From contig OZ251222.1 of the NCBI GenBank assembly GCA_965240325.2, forward strand, positions 4,340,001 to 4,404,000: DNA of 64,000 bases, written 5' to 3'. Each line of letters starts with the position of its first letter. Positions within the stretch are counted from its first letter, which is position 1. Both the position numbers and the translations under genes were made by a program. The stretch is from Rebecca billardiae RCC1528 (taxonomy: Eukaryota; Protista; Haptophyta). Of the stretch, positions 32,548-42,252 are shown in pieces. Under the pieces are notes generated by a model, which worked only from the letters and a program-made list of their open reading frames with translations, searched no databases and was not told the DNA's origin.

Positions 32548-33447
32548 TTAGAAGACCGGGCCTTCCTTGCGGCAGCCGAAGATGCCCCATGCGAACACCG
32601 CCTTGTCGTTTTGGATGTCGACGCGCTGGGTGAGCGAGTCCATCCATTTGTCGAGGTACTCGTTTGTCACGCCCTCCGAGATCATCGCTGCGCGGTGCGT
32701 GTTGATCTGGTCCACCATCGACTGGAAGTAGTGCTTGAGGTGGTCGGAGAAGTCGAGGAAGCTCACGTCGCGGTACCCGGCGTCGACGAGCAGCTGGCGG
32801 TACTCCGACGGCCGCGCCATCTTGGTGGTGGCGTTGCGGTCTGTGAAGTCCTTGAGCGCCTTCTCGTCGGCGCCGTCCGCGCCCATGATGTCGGTGAAGA
32901 CGAACGCACCGCCCGGCTTGAGCACGCGCTTGAGGTCCTTGAGCAGCGCCGGCTTGGACGCGGCGTGGCACAGCACCTCGCACGAGATCACGTGTGTGAA
33001 CTTCTCCGACCAGTCCGCGGGCAGGCCGTCGTTGAAGTTGCCGAGGATCACCTCGTTCTTGTCGCCGACGCCGCGCGCTTTTGCCTCGTCCTGGTTCATC
33101 TTGTTCTGCTCGGGCGAGATGTTCATGCCAATCACCTTGCAGCCAAAGCGCTCGATCAGCTCGTGCGAGATGCCGCCGTGGCCAGAGCCAAGATCGAGGA
33201 CGAGCGAGTCGGCGGTGACGGGCCGCATCCAGTCCAGCGAGGTGAGCAGGCGCGCGTTCGTCTCCTTCGACGACTCGTACACGCCGTCCGACGCCTTGCG
33301 GAACACGCCGTAGTGAATGTCCATCCCACCGCCGCCCATCACGTACTTATAGAACGTGCGCGCGTGCGCGAGGTCGTACTGCTCGACCACCTTGTCGGCG
33401 ACCTCGGTCTCGGCGAACTGCTTATCTTTGAAGTCTCCAGTCGACAT
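32548..33447 (-). CDS. SAM-dependent methyltransferase, sarcosine/dimethylglycine-MT-like fold (candidate DSYE/DsyG-type MTHB S-methyltransferase)
   Basis: Intronless, 299 aa from ATG 33447. Motifs: FYKYVMGGGGMDIHYG, motif I VLDLGSGHGG, GMNISPEQN, SCEVLCH, KRVLKPGGAFVFTD and C-terminal AWGIF. Confidence 0.9.
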   Translation of the reverse strand: MSTGDFKDKQFAETEVADKVVEQYDLAHARTFYKYVMGGGGMDIHYGVFRKASDGVYESSKETNARLLTSLDWMRPVTADSLVLDLGSGHGGISHELIERFGCKVIGMNISPEQNKMNQDEAKARGVGDKNEVILGNFNDGLPADWSEKFTHVISCEVLCHAASKPALLKDLKRVLKPGGAFVFTDIMGADGADEKALKDFTDRNATTKMARPSEYRQLLVDAGYRDVSFLDFSDHLKHYFQSMVDQINTHRAAMISEGVTNEYLDKWMDSLTQRVDIQNDKAVFAWGIFGCRKEGPVF

Positions 33448-34621
33448 GGCTGTGCGTGTGTGAAGGCGCGAGGCGACGACTCGGGGTGCGCGACAACGGG
33501 AGAGCAGCGCGCGGACGGTCGAACACGTGGTTGACACGATGAGAATCAGCGTCTAGCGCCAACAAGCGTCGGCCACGGATCTCTTTGCGAGCTCCCCAAA
33601 TGAGGGTCCGGAGACCGAGCGTGAGTCCGGGAGCGCTCTTGGCATCCACGCTCGAGATTCAATCTCGCAACGGGTGGGTCACCCAGCGAGTCCCGACGCA
33701 CCCAGCCTGGTCCGGCGTGGGGGCGATAATCAGAGTGCGAGGGATCACAGCGAGCCCAGCTTCGCCCTCTTGCTCATCCGCCCAGCGCTTTCCAGCGGTG
33801 TGCGGCGCTATCGCCTCCTCCGCGGCCGCCGCCGAATCAAAGCCAAGGTCTGCTTGACTTCCCTCGGCCTCAAGATGGTCCGGGAAGCTTTATGAGGAGC
33901 TTCGGAAGATTTTCCCGGACAAAATTCTGCACATACGGTAGAAGTTTCAGATTTGTGCCGCTCGGCTGATGAAATCTCGTACCCCCATACAACTCACAGA
34001 TGACTGTAGTTATTTTTTCTGATGAGCGTCGTACCCGTCTCATGTCTGCTGCATCATACCATCTCTCACAGAGGCTTCAGTCAGAGTGGCGGGTGGGGCC
34101 GAAAAGGCACAAATGCAACGTATTCGGGGTGGGCTAACGAGGTGATTGTAGGTGATTACCGCGGGTGGAGTCAGATGTAGCTAGCTATCAGGAGGTGTGA
34201 TGCTTCTTATGCTTCTTACCCGCCGGCCGTTCATGGATAATTGGTTAAAAGCGGGCGCCAAACCAGATTCAGAAGGAGATTCGCCCTGATTCAGGGATCT
34301 CAGGGCCTTCTCCCGGCTTCGGACATCGTTACGACCCGGGTCGCAGGTAGGCGGGGCCCGGCGCACCACCTGCCGCACGGCGTCAAGATCCTGGGCCGCA
34401 TCTTTTCGGTGACGCGGAGTGACGCGGCCCAGCGTCCGCTGCGCCTCGTCGATTCGGAGCGCCACAGAACTCCTCGCGAACGGGTCAACCTCGAAGCGGG
34501 TGGCGACGACCTCGCCGCTCTAGATCCACTCGCAGAGCGCGCTCCTCCCGCCCACACAGGGCTCCGCCGACACGGCGAATTCGGGCGAAACTAGCACCCG
34601 CCTCACCACCAGGCCGCTGAG

Positions 34622-35737
34622 ATGCCTGTCCTGTCCCCTCGCCACCCGTCCTTCCTTGTCGTCGGCTCGGGCTGCGTCGGCTCGTACCTTGCGACGACCC
34701 TCGGCAAAAACGGCGCGTCGGTAACGCTGAAGGCGCGCGGCCCGCCGAAGACGCCCATCGCGAAGCTCGCAGCGAAGGCCGGCGTCGAGGTCGTCACCGA
34801 CCTCGCCCCGCTCGCACGAGCCATCGGCGCGGGCGATCGGCCGCCGCTCGACGCCATCTTTGTCGCCACAAAAACATACAGCTTCGAGGATGTCGCGAAC
34901 CAGCTGGTCGAGGCGGGGCCGTCGCTGCGGCCGCAGCTCGCCACCGTCGGCTGCTACAACGGCCACGTGCTCGGCGCCAAGGACCTCTTTGGCCAAATTG
35001 GCGCGGGCAGCTCCGCGGGCCCGTCGGTGTTCTGCAAGGCGCTCGTCCCGGGCGGCTACTCGATCAAGGAGGACGGCTCGGGGTTCAACGTGACGAACGC
35101 GGGCCAGAAGTGGTCCCTCCTCTCGACCACGCCCGAGGTGCGTCAGCTCGCCAAGCACATGGCCTCGTACGGCGTCGCCACCGTCGCCGGCGGCTTTGAG
35201 GCGGACACGCGCAAGTACCTCGTGAACAACACCGCAAACCTGGTCTCCGTGATCGCAAACACCAACTGTAACGGGCTGATCAACGACCCGGCGCTGCTCG
35301 CGCGGATGCGCTCCATCTTCCGCGAAACAGCGGAGGTGCTGCGAGCCGCGCCCGCGCACCGCGAGCACTTCCCCTCCGCCATCTCGCTCGACGAGCTCGA
35401 GGAGCAGGTGTTGAGCGGCATTGCGTCCTACGCCGAGCACTACCCGTCGTCGTGCAAGGACTTCCGCGCGGGCCAGCCGATCGAGGTGAGCTCGCTGAAC
35501 GGGTACATCTGCGCGCTGGGCGAGCAGCTGGGCATGGACACGCCGGTCAACAAGGCCGTCGTCGACGACGTCTCCATCGTCCTCCGCCAGCACCAGCAGC
35601 AAAATGCGGACGCCGAGGAGGCGGAGCGCGCGCCAACTGCGCCAAAACCGCAGCTGCCCGAGGCGCGCATCCGGCGCGGGCTCGGCGCGCGCATCGTGCC
35701 CGAGCAGCCGGCGTCAATGACGGTAACTCGGCGCTGA
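34622..35737 (+). CDS. Ketopantoate reductase (ApbA/PanE) family 2-oxoacid reductase (candidate MTOB reductase)
   Basis: Rossmann motif LVVGSGCVGSYLA, IFVATKTYS, YNG, RKYLVNNTAN (catalytic Lys region) and PSSCKDFRAGQPIEVSSLNGYI (ApbA_C signature). Confidence 0.85.
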   Translation: MPVLSPRHPSFLVVGSGCVGSYLATTLGKNGASVTLKARGPPKTPIAKLAAKAGVEVVTDLAPLARAIGAGDRPPLDAIFVATKTYSFEDVANQLVEAGPSLRPQLATVGCYNGHVLGAKDLFGQIGAGSSAGPSVFCKALVPGGYSIKEDGSGFNVTNAGQKWSLLSTTPEVRQLAKHMASYGVATVAGGFEADTRKYLVNNTANLVSVIANTNCNGLINDPALLARMRSIFRETAEVLRAAPAHREHFPSAISLDELEEQVLSGIASYAEHYPSSCKDFRAGQPIEVSSLNGYICALGEQLGMDTPVNKAVVDDVSIVLRQHQQQNADAEEAERAPTAPKPQLPEARIRRGLGARIVPEQPASMTVTRR

Positions 35738-36402
35738 TCCGGGGGGAGCGCGCCGAGTACGAGCCGTCTGGCCGCTCGCCCGGGTGCTGCCGCCGTCGCC
35801 TTCGTCCTCCGTGCTGGCCGTCGCGGTCGGCGTGCATTGCCGTCGTCGGCGGGGCTCTGCCGCCCCGCCGGGTCGACGGCGCCTGTTCACTACGAGCTCG
35901 CCTCGTGCGCCTCCGCCCTCGTCCTCCATCGCTGGCGCGTCGCGGTGCCTTGCTCGGCGCCGCGCGCACCGCCGTGTACACTGTCGGCCTCGTGCCTCCC
36001 TTCTTCGGATGTCGTGTACCTCATCTGAGCACCACCTCCCTCTGGCCTTTGTTCCAAGCGTCGCTCCGGCGACTCCCACTGCTTCCGACCGGGCGTGTCC
36101 GCGCTGGTTCGGTCTGGCGGCCTATTTTGGCGCACGCGCTGCGCGTTGGGCTGGGCTGCTGACGAGGCGGCTCAGACTCACTGCGCGGCGCACGCCGCAG
36201 TCGCTCGACCTGGACTCGCTGCAGATGTCGAGTCGCCGGTGTAACCTGGATATATAACTTATTTTTAAAATCGAATGATTATAATAATATAATTATTATT
36301 TTATAATATTAAATAAATAACAAATTATTAAATCTGATACGCGCCTCGGTCGTCCTAGTGGCCGCTACGATTCGCCCGGGGGCGGGTAGTTACTCCCGAG
36401 AC

Positions 36403-38339
36403 TAGCCTGGTCCAAACGCACTGGAGCACTTTCGGGGATTTTATGGCCAAATGAATGCGGGCCCCTAGGCACGCGCTCACACCCGGAAACAGCGTAACAA
36501 ATGGGCCCAGCCCGGGCGGAGCAAAAGTTTCGGCCTAAAAATCGCATCCGCGGCCCGTCGTGAGCGTGCGCGCGCGCGCCGCGGACAACTACGGACACAT
36601 AGAGAATCGTCAGTCTGAATGTGGGTAAGTACTTACCCGAAATGAGCCCAAACGCACGAACTTACTTATTGGCGTACGTCGAGGCGAGCATGAACCTTGG
36701 TACAGGCCATTAGGATGGGCTGTGGTCTGTGCGCAAGTGGCCGTACTCAACTACTGCAAGATCGACAATATTACCCATTTGTACCCGCATAATATGGGCA
36801 ATGTACCCGCATAAATATGCGATCTGGACCTGTGTAATTACAATGCCACTATGTCGTTACATATTCGCCATAGGTGGGTAGCTGTCCCAGGCTGCACGAT
36901 TAGTGCGGCGCGCGGGGTGCATTGGTCGGAAGAGGCTCCGCCTGGCCTTCCGCGCACTCCTGCAGACAAGAAGAGGGCCGGACTCCCACCCGGCCAGGCG
37001 TGCGGCAGTCGGTCAGGTGCTGGACCTGGTCTGGAGACCATCTCCTGCGTGGCGACTGGCCGATCTGCGGCACAACGCGCGCCGCCGTGAGCCACACGGC
37101 AGGTTCGCAACGGATCCGGTTCGCGTGTCCATGGCGGCGTGCATCGAGTCATTCAAGCTGTCAAGTCGCGTGCCACGCCCGCTCTTTCACTTGGGGCATC
37201 AGTACTGCCTACAACGACGACATGTGCGTCCTTAGATGAGGCATACTCGCGATTCTAGCTGCCCGTCCAAGGGTCAGATCGCACGTCTTTGCTCGCCCGA
37301 CAGCCTCAACGGCGGACTGATGTGATCCGCGGGTGACGATGCGACCGCTTCGAGTGCGCCTACGGCCACCACCGGGGTGGGGATCGTTCATGGGCACCCT
37401 CTGCGTGCCATGACATGCTCTGGCCGTGCGTGGTGACTTGGCCCACCGCGCGTAAACGGGAAAGACACCCGAGCACGTGCTTCCGAGCCACCCGAATGGC
37501 ACAATGTGCCACCCATGGACACCAAACACGTGCCAGAGCGCGAGCCTTGCGTGCTGGAGTAGCTGCACGACACCGAGGAAGACGTATGCGCGCTCTCAAC
37601 CATCTTCAAGCGACGACTCCGTCGACTCTGCCTCGCAGACCGCGGTACGATCCTTGACCTTGTGCTCGCAGCAAAGGCCATGACGGTAAAGCAGCACCCA
37701 GGCGATGGGAGTCAGCCGGCAGCCACCACACTGCGACTGTACACACCCAGCTTCGCAAGGCGAGCCATCCTGCTCGCCACCAGCCCGTCATACAGCTCCA
37801 CGAGGAGCACAAATCGACAGCCGCCGCTCAGGACGACCCATGCGCGAACGTGACGGGACCGGCCGGATGAAGCGTTGGCGATGCGCAGCGCGCCCAACGC
37901 TGGTTGTGGCATCGAATACATGCTAGGGGTAGGCGGTGGCCGACACGAGCCGTCGCGTGGCCCGCATATTACCCGAGGTGGCCCGTCTCGAAGGCGCGGC
38001 GCAACCCATCAGGTGAGCGTTCGACGCACGCCGTCGGGCGAGAAGTCGACCTGGCGACGGACCGCGGGCGGCGGAAGCAACGCAGACATGTCGCTCAAGG
38101 TGTGCACGCACACCGCCGGGGCACCCGAACGATGTGTCCAGCACTACACCTGACATGAGGCGGCGCAGTCGTCCAGTCGAGGCTCTCGGGCCCCTTCCGA
38201 CCTTCGTCGCGGCGAGCCGTCGGACGGCCGGTGGCGATTTTTGACGAGCGCGACGAGCGACAAGAAAAATCGGGAGAAATGAGGCACCCAAAATCCGAAA
38301 AGGCTTTTTCACTGGCGAAAATGGGGATGGACCAGGCTA
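36403..38339. mobile_element. Non-autonomous TIR element (about 1.94 kb), 12-bp TIR TAGCCTGGTCCA, 7-bp TSD CCGAGAC
   Basis: TAGCCTGGTCCA at 36403-36414 and TGGACCAGGCTA at 38328-38339; CCGAGAC at 36396-36402 and 38340-38346. There is no convincing internal ORF. Confidence 0.75.
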
Positions 38340-38955
38340 CCGAGACCCGAGTATTCGGGAGTAATCCCTCGCCTCAGATGCCAGGCAATGGCATGCGCCA
38401 GCCTGAGGTACTGACTGAGAGTTAAGCCCGTTGGCCGTTAGCCCCGGCGGCCACTGCCAGTGCCACTAGTGCCAGCGCGCCGCCGCCGACGCCGGTCAGA
38501 CACCCGCGGCCACGCCCGCGGCCGCGTGACGCCTGGCGTGATGCCACTCATGGCGCGCCGATTGATCGCAGATCGGCGCGAGTGCCCGTCAGCCCGGTCA
38601 GGACCGGGCCGCCTTGCCGAGACACCGGGCGCCCGCCGGCCCGGCCGCCGAGCCCGTGAGTAGGCGGCGTGAGGCGGGGAGCGGCACGGGAAGCGGCGCT
38701 GCCGCAAAGGGACGGCGTCTGCCTTAGAGCCTGCTGCCTGGCAAATCACGCCGATCATCCAACGCTGAACGCGGCGGCGTGATCGCGCAGCGGCAGCGCG
38801 ACTGCACCGCAGAATTCAGCGGCCGTGCGAGGGACCAACGACCCGGCCCCACGGAGCCCCCAGCGCATTGATGACTGCTGCTGCCGCGCCTGGCACAGAG
38901 AGGCTGCCGTGCGCGCCCCGCTGCCTGCGCTCCCAATGCCCAGGCGCCGCGCCCG

Positions 38956-40965
38956 TCAGTACCAGTCGGTGATGTGGCCGACGACCAGCAGCGCGAGCAG
39001 CGCCACCAGTGCGGCCGTGAGCTGCTCGAGCCCGCCCGCGCGCGCCAGCGAGGACGCCGCCCTCCTCGGGTCGGTGAACCACGCTTTCGCCCCCGACTTG
39101 AGCCAGAGCCACGCCTTGTACGCGACAGCGAGCCGCGTGGTCCACCGCTGCATCGTCTCGGGCGACACCTTGCTCAGTTGATCCTGCGCGGCGGCGCCAC
39201 ACGGCCGCGCGCGGCCGCACGTCGCGCCGTGAGCGGCCGGCCGGCCACGCGCCGAGGGGTGCGCGCGCGCGCACGCACCTGCATCTGCTTGGCCTGCTCG
39301 GGCGACACCTCCTTCCCCATCGAGCTCATCATCTTGGCCATCTGCGCCGGGTCCATCTTCTTCATCATCTCCGTCGCCTGCGTGCCGCGCGCACGCGCGG
39401 CGCGCGCGTCAAGCGCAGCCAGCAGCAGCAACGCGGCGCGCGGCGCACACAGCGCCGTGCGTGCGGCGCGCGCACGTTTGAGAGCATCTCCGGCGACATG
39501 TTCTGCATCATCGACGCCATGTCCATCCCGCCGGGCGGCGCCATGCCGCCGCCGCCGCCGCCGCCGCCGCCGGGCGGCATGCCGCCAAGGGGCGCGTTGG
39601 GCAGCTGCCCCGACGCCGCCATCCGCTGCATCTGCAGCATCTGCTCGGGGCTCATGTTCTTGGCCGCCTCGAGCGAGGCCTTGAGCATCGCCGGGTCGAG
39701 GTCCTTCATGCGGCTGGGGGCGGCCAGGCGCGCGGCGGGCGGGGGCGGGGGCGTGAGCGCGCGCGCGCGCGCGCGCACGGGCCGCGCGGCGCGTGCCGCG
39801 CGCGCACGGGTCGAGCTGCTTGAGCATCTCGGGGTCCATGTTGGCCGCCATCTCCATCTGCATCTTGATCTGCTCAGGGGTCATGCTGGCCATGGCCTTG
39901 TGCGCCTCGGCCGCATTGGCAGGGCCAAAGCCGCCGCCGGGCATGGGCGGCATGCCGCCCGCGCTGCTGCCCGCTGCGCCGCCGCTCGGGGCCACCCGCT
40001 CGAGCGCGGGCATGTCGTCGTCCGTGTCGTCCTCCGCGTCCTCGATGCCCTCCGCCTCGGCGCCGCCCGCCTCCTTCAGCTTGGCGCGCGCCTCGCGCAG
40101 CGTGCTCGCCACCAGCGTGTCCGAGCGGTCCTGCGCGCGCGGCGCGGCGCGGCGCGGTGCGCGGCGGCCCGCGGCTCAGCGCGGCTCGGCGCGGCTCGGC
40201 GCGGCGGCGCGGCGGCGCGCGGCGGCGCGCGCCGCCGCGCTGGACGTGCCGCACCTGCACGTAGGCGGCCTTGAGGTCGGCCACCGCCTCTGGCAGCTTG
40301 GTCTGCGCGAGGAGCGCCTGCCCGCGCCGGTACAGCGCCTTGCGGTTGTTGGCGGTGCGCGAGAGCACGGTCTCGCAGCACTCGACGGCGCGCTCGTACG
40401 TCTTCTTCTTCAGGTGGCAGTTCGCGCCGTTGAGCAGGCACGCGTCCGCGAGCGCGTGCACGGCGGTGAGGTCTGCGCCCGTGAGCTCGCTCTCGTACTT
40501 GCAGTCCTTGAGCGTCCCCAGCGCCGACTCGTACTTGGAGATGGCGCCGTCGTAGTCGGCGGCCTTGAACCGCTTGTTGCCCGTCTCCTTGAACTTCTCC
40601 GCCTCCTCGACCATGCTGATCACACCCGGCGGGATGCCTCGCGCCGACGCGCGCAGCGTGTCGGCGGTGCCTTTGGGCTGCGCGGCCGGCGCCGGCATTC
40701 CGGGCATCACGCCCGGCATCGCGCCGGACTTCATCGCCTGCGACGCCGCATCCATCTGCTGGCGCATCTGATCGGGGGACATGTTCGCCATCTGCGCCTG
40801 CGCCTGCTGCATCATCGCCGGATTGCTCATCATCTGCTGCTGCATCGCGCGCAGCTGCCCCGGGTCCATGTTTTTCGTCATCTCCGTCATGCGCGCAATG
40901 TCCTCGGGGGACATCTGGCTCATCATCTGTTGCGCCTGCGCCAGCATCTCCGGCGACATGTTCAT
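38956..40965 (-). CDS. OEP61/TPR7-like tail-anchored TPR co-chaperone receptor (multi-exon)
   Basis: Met/Gln-rich STI1-like repeats (MSPEMLAQAQQMMSQMSPED), TPR clamp (AEKFKETGNKRF, LLNGANCHLK, KALYRRGQA), further MSPE repeats and a C-terminal TM (LVALLALLVVGH). GT-AG introns are present. Confidence 0.8.
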
Positions 40966-41186
40966 GGCGGATCGAGCAAGGTCGCCTCTCCGGGCGGCCT
41001 GGGGCGCTACGCCGTGCGCGCGTGCGCGGGTGTGCGATCGGCGCGGGCAACGATGGCGGCCCCCCTCCACGCGTACGTGAAGCAAAAGACTGATGCGCCT
41101 TTTATGATGGCGGATGGCCAGCAGCATCAAAAGTAAAAACCTGCTCGCGCCGTGGCTCGTGGCTGGAAAAGCGGCAAACGCCCGCG

Positions 41187-41474
41187 ATGGCGTCGTTCGT
41201 GCCGCGGTGGGCACAGCGTCTTTGGGCACAGGCGAAGCAGACCACTCAGAACATCGATGACTCTCCAGTCAAGCTCCCCTGGCGCTCTTGGCTCGCAGCA
41301 GCCGTCATCATCTCGGCTCTCTACTCTATTGACGTGCCCGAGCACGCTCGGCGATACAAGGCACAGCGTGAGCGCACACGCCTGGATGCCCTCGGCATGA
41401 AAGATGTGCAGCGTGATCTGGGAGATGGCCGCCTGCTGATGAACGACGGCTCCATCCGCAAAGTCGACGAATGA
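41187..41474 (+). CDS. Small hypothetical single-TM protein (95 aa)
   Basis: ATG ORF divergent from the OEP61-like gene, with hydrophobic WLAAAVIISALY and C-terminal LGDGRLLMNDGSI. Confidence 0.55.
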   Translation: MASFVPRWAQRLWAQAKQTTQNIDDSPVKLPWRSWLAAAVIISALYSIDVPEHARRYKAQRERTRLDALGMKDVQRDLGDGRLLMNDGSIRKVDE

Positions 41475-42252
41475 CTGGCATGCCACTTCCGCGGTCACAC
41501 CCTGCGCCTCGGCGTACTGTACCTGCTATATCTGGATGGCCGCGCGGCGGCTGCCGCCGCCGGTGGATTACAGAATACAGTATCGGACACCGAGAACGGC
41601 GACGGAACGACGGACAGTTCGACGGGCCGCGAGCGCGGAGCCTCGTCAGACTGTTAGGCCATTGATGCCTCGGCATTCAGCAATGGCAGGTCGAACGCGC
41701 TAGATTGAATTAAACCTAGATGATAGTAGGACCACTGTACCATCGGACTCTGTCTCTGTGACCCAGAGTTGGCCCGGTCCGCAGACGCCACTCGCCAGCC
41801 GCCCAGCCGGGACGAGGCCGAGGCCGAGGGTCGAGGCCTGGCGAAATCGCGGCCTGCCACAGTTTGGACAGATGTCCAGGCTGCTCCACAGTGCGTCCGG
41901 CGTGCACGACCTCCGAGCGGAGCGACTCACCGCCGCACCGCAGTGACCACGTCGGCGCCCACGTGACCCGTCCCGCGCGCGCCTGCGGTCCCGGGCGGTG
42001 GCGACCGCGACGATGTCGACGCAAACGCCGCAGACGGCATGCCCATCAGGATCATCGACCGTCTCGCCCGCGCCGGAGCGGCGCACGCGACACGTACCGC
42101 GGCGCGTGGTGCGGCAACCTGAGCGGGGCGCCATCATTGCACCGCTGCTGACTGCGGCGCGTGTTGCACCAGGCGGGCCGGTCAAGTTGCAGCGCTCACT
42201 TCGTGCAAACGCATTCACGCACACGCGGCACGCGGCATCGTCCCAAATCATG

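Noticed and set aside
32182-33534. 450-aa plus-strand ORF
   Set aside because: It is the antisense shadow of the methyltransferase.
33448-33537. 30-aa N-terminal extension of the methyltransferase that looks like a transit peptide
   Set aside because: It starts at GTG rather than ATG, so it cannot be supported without transcript data.
25152-38339. Single composite transposon carrying the enzyme cluster
   Set aside because: The two elements have different TIRs and each has its own TSD.
36391-38363. Mariner/Stowaway-like element TA-CTCCC...GGGAG-TA
   Set aside because: It is better explained as a small palindrome interrupted by the TAGCC element with a perfect 7-bp TSD.
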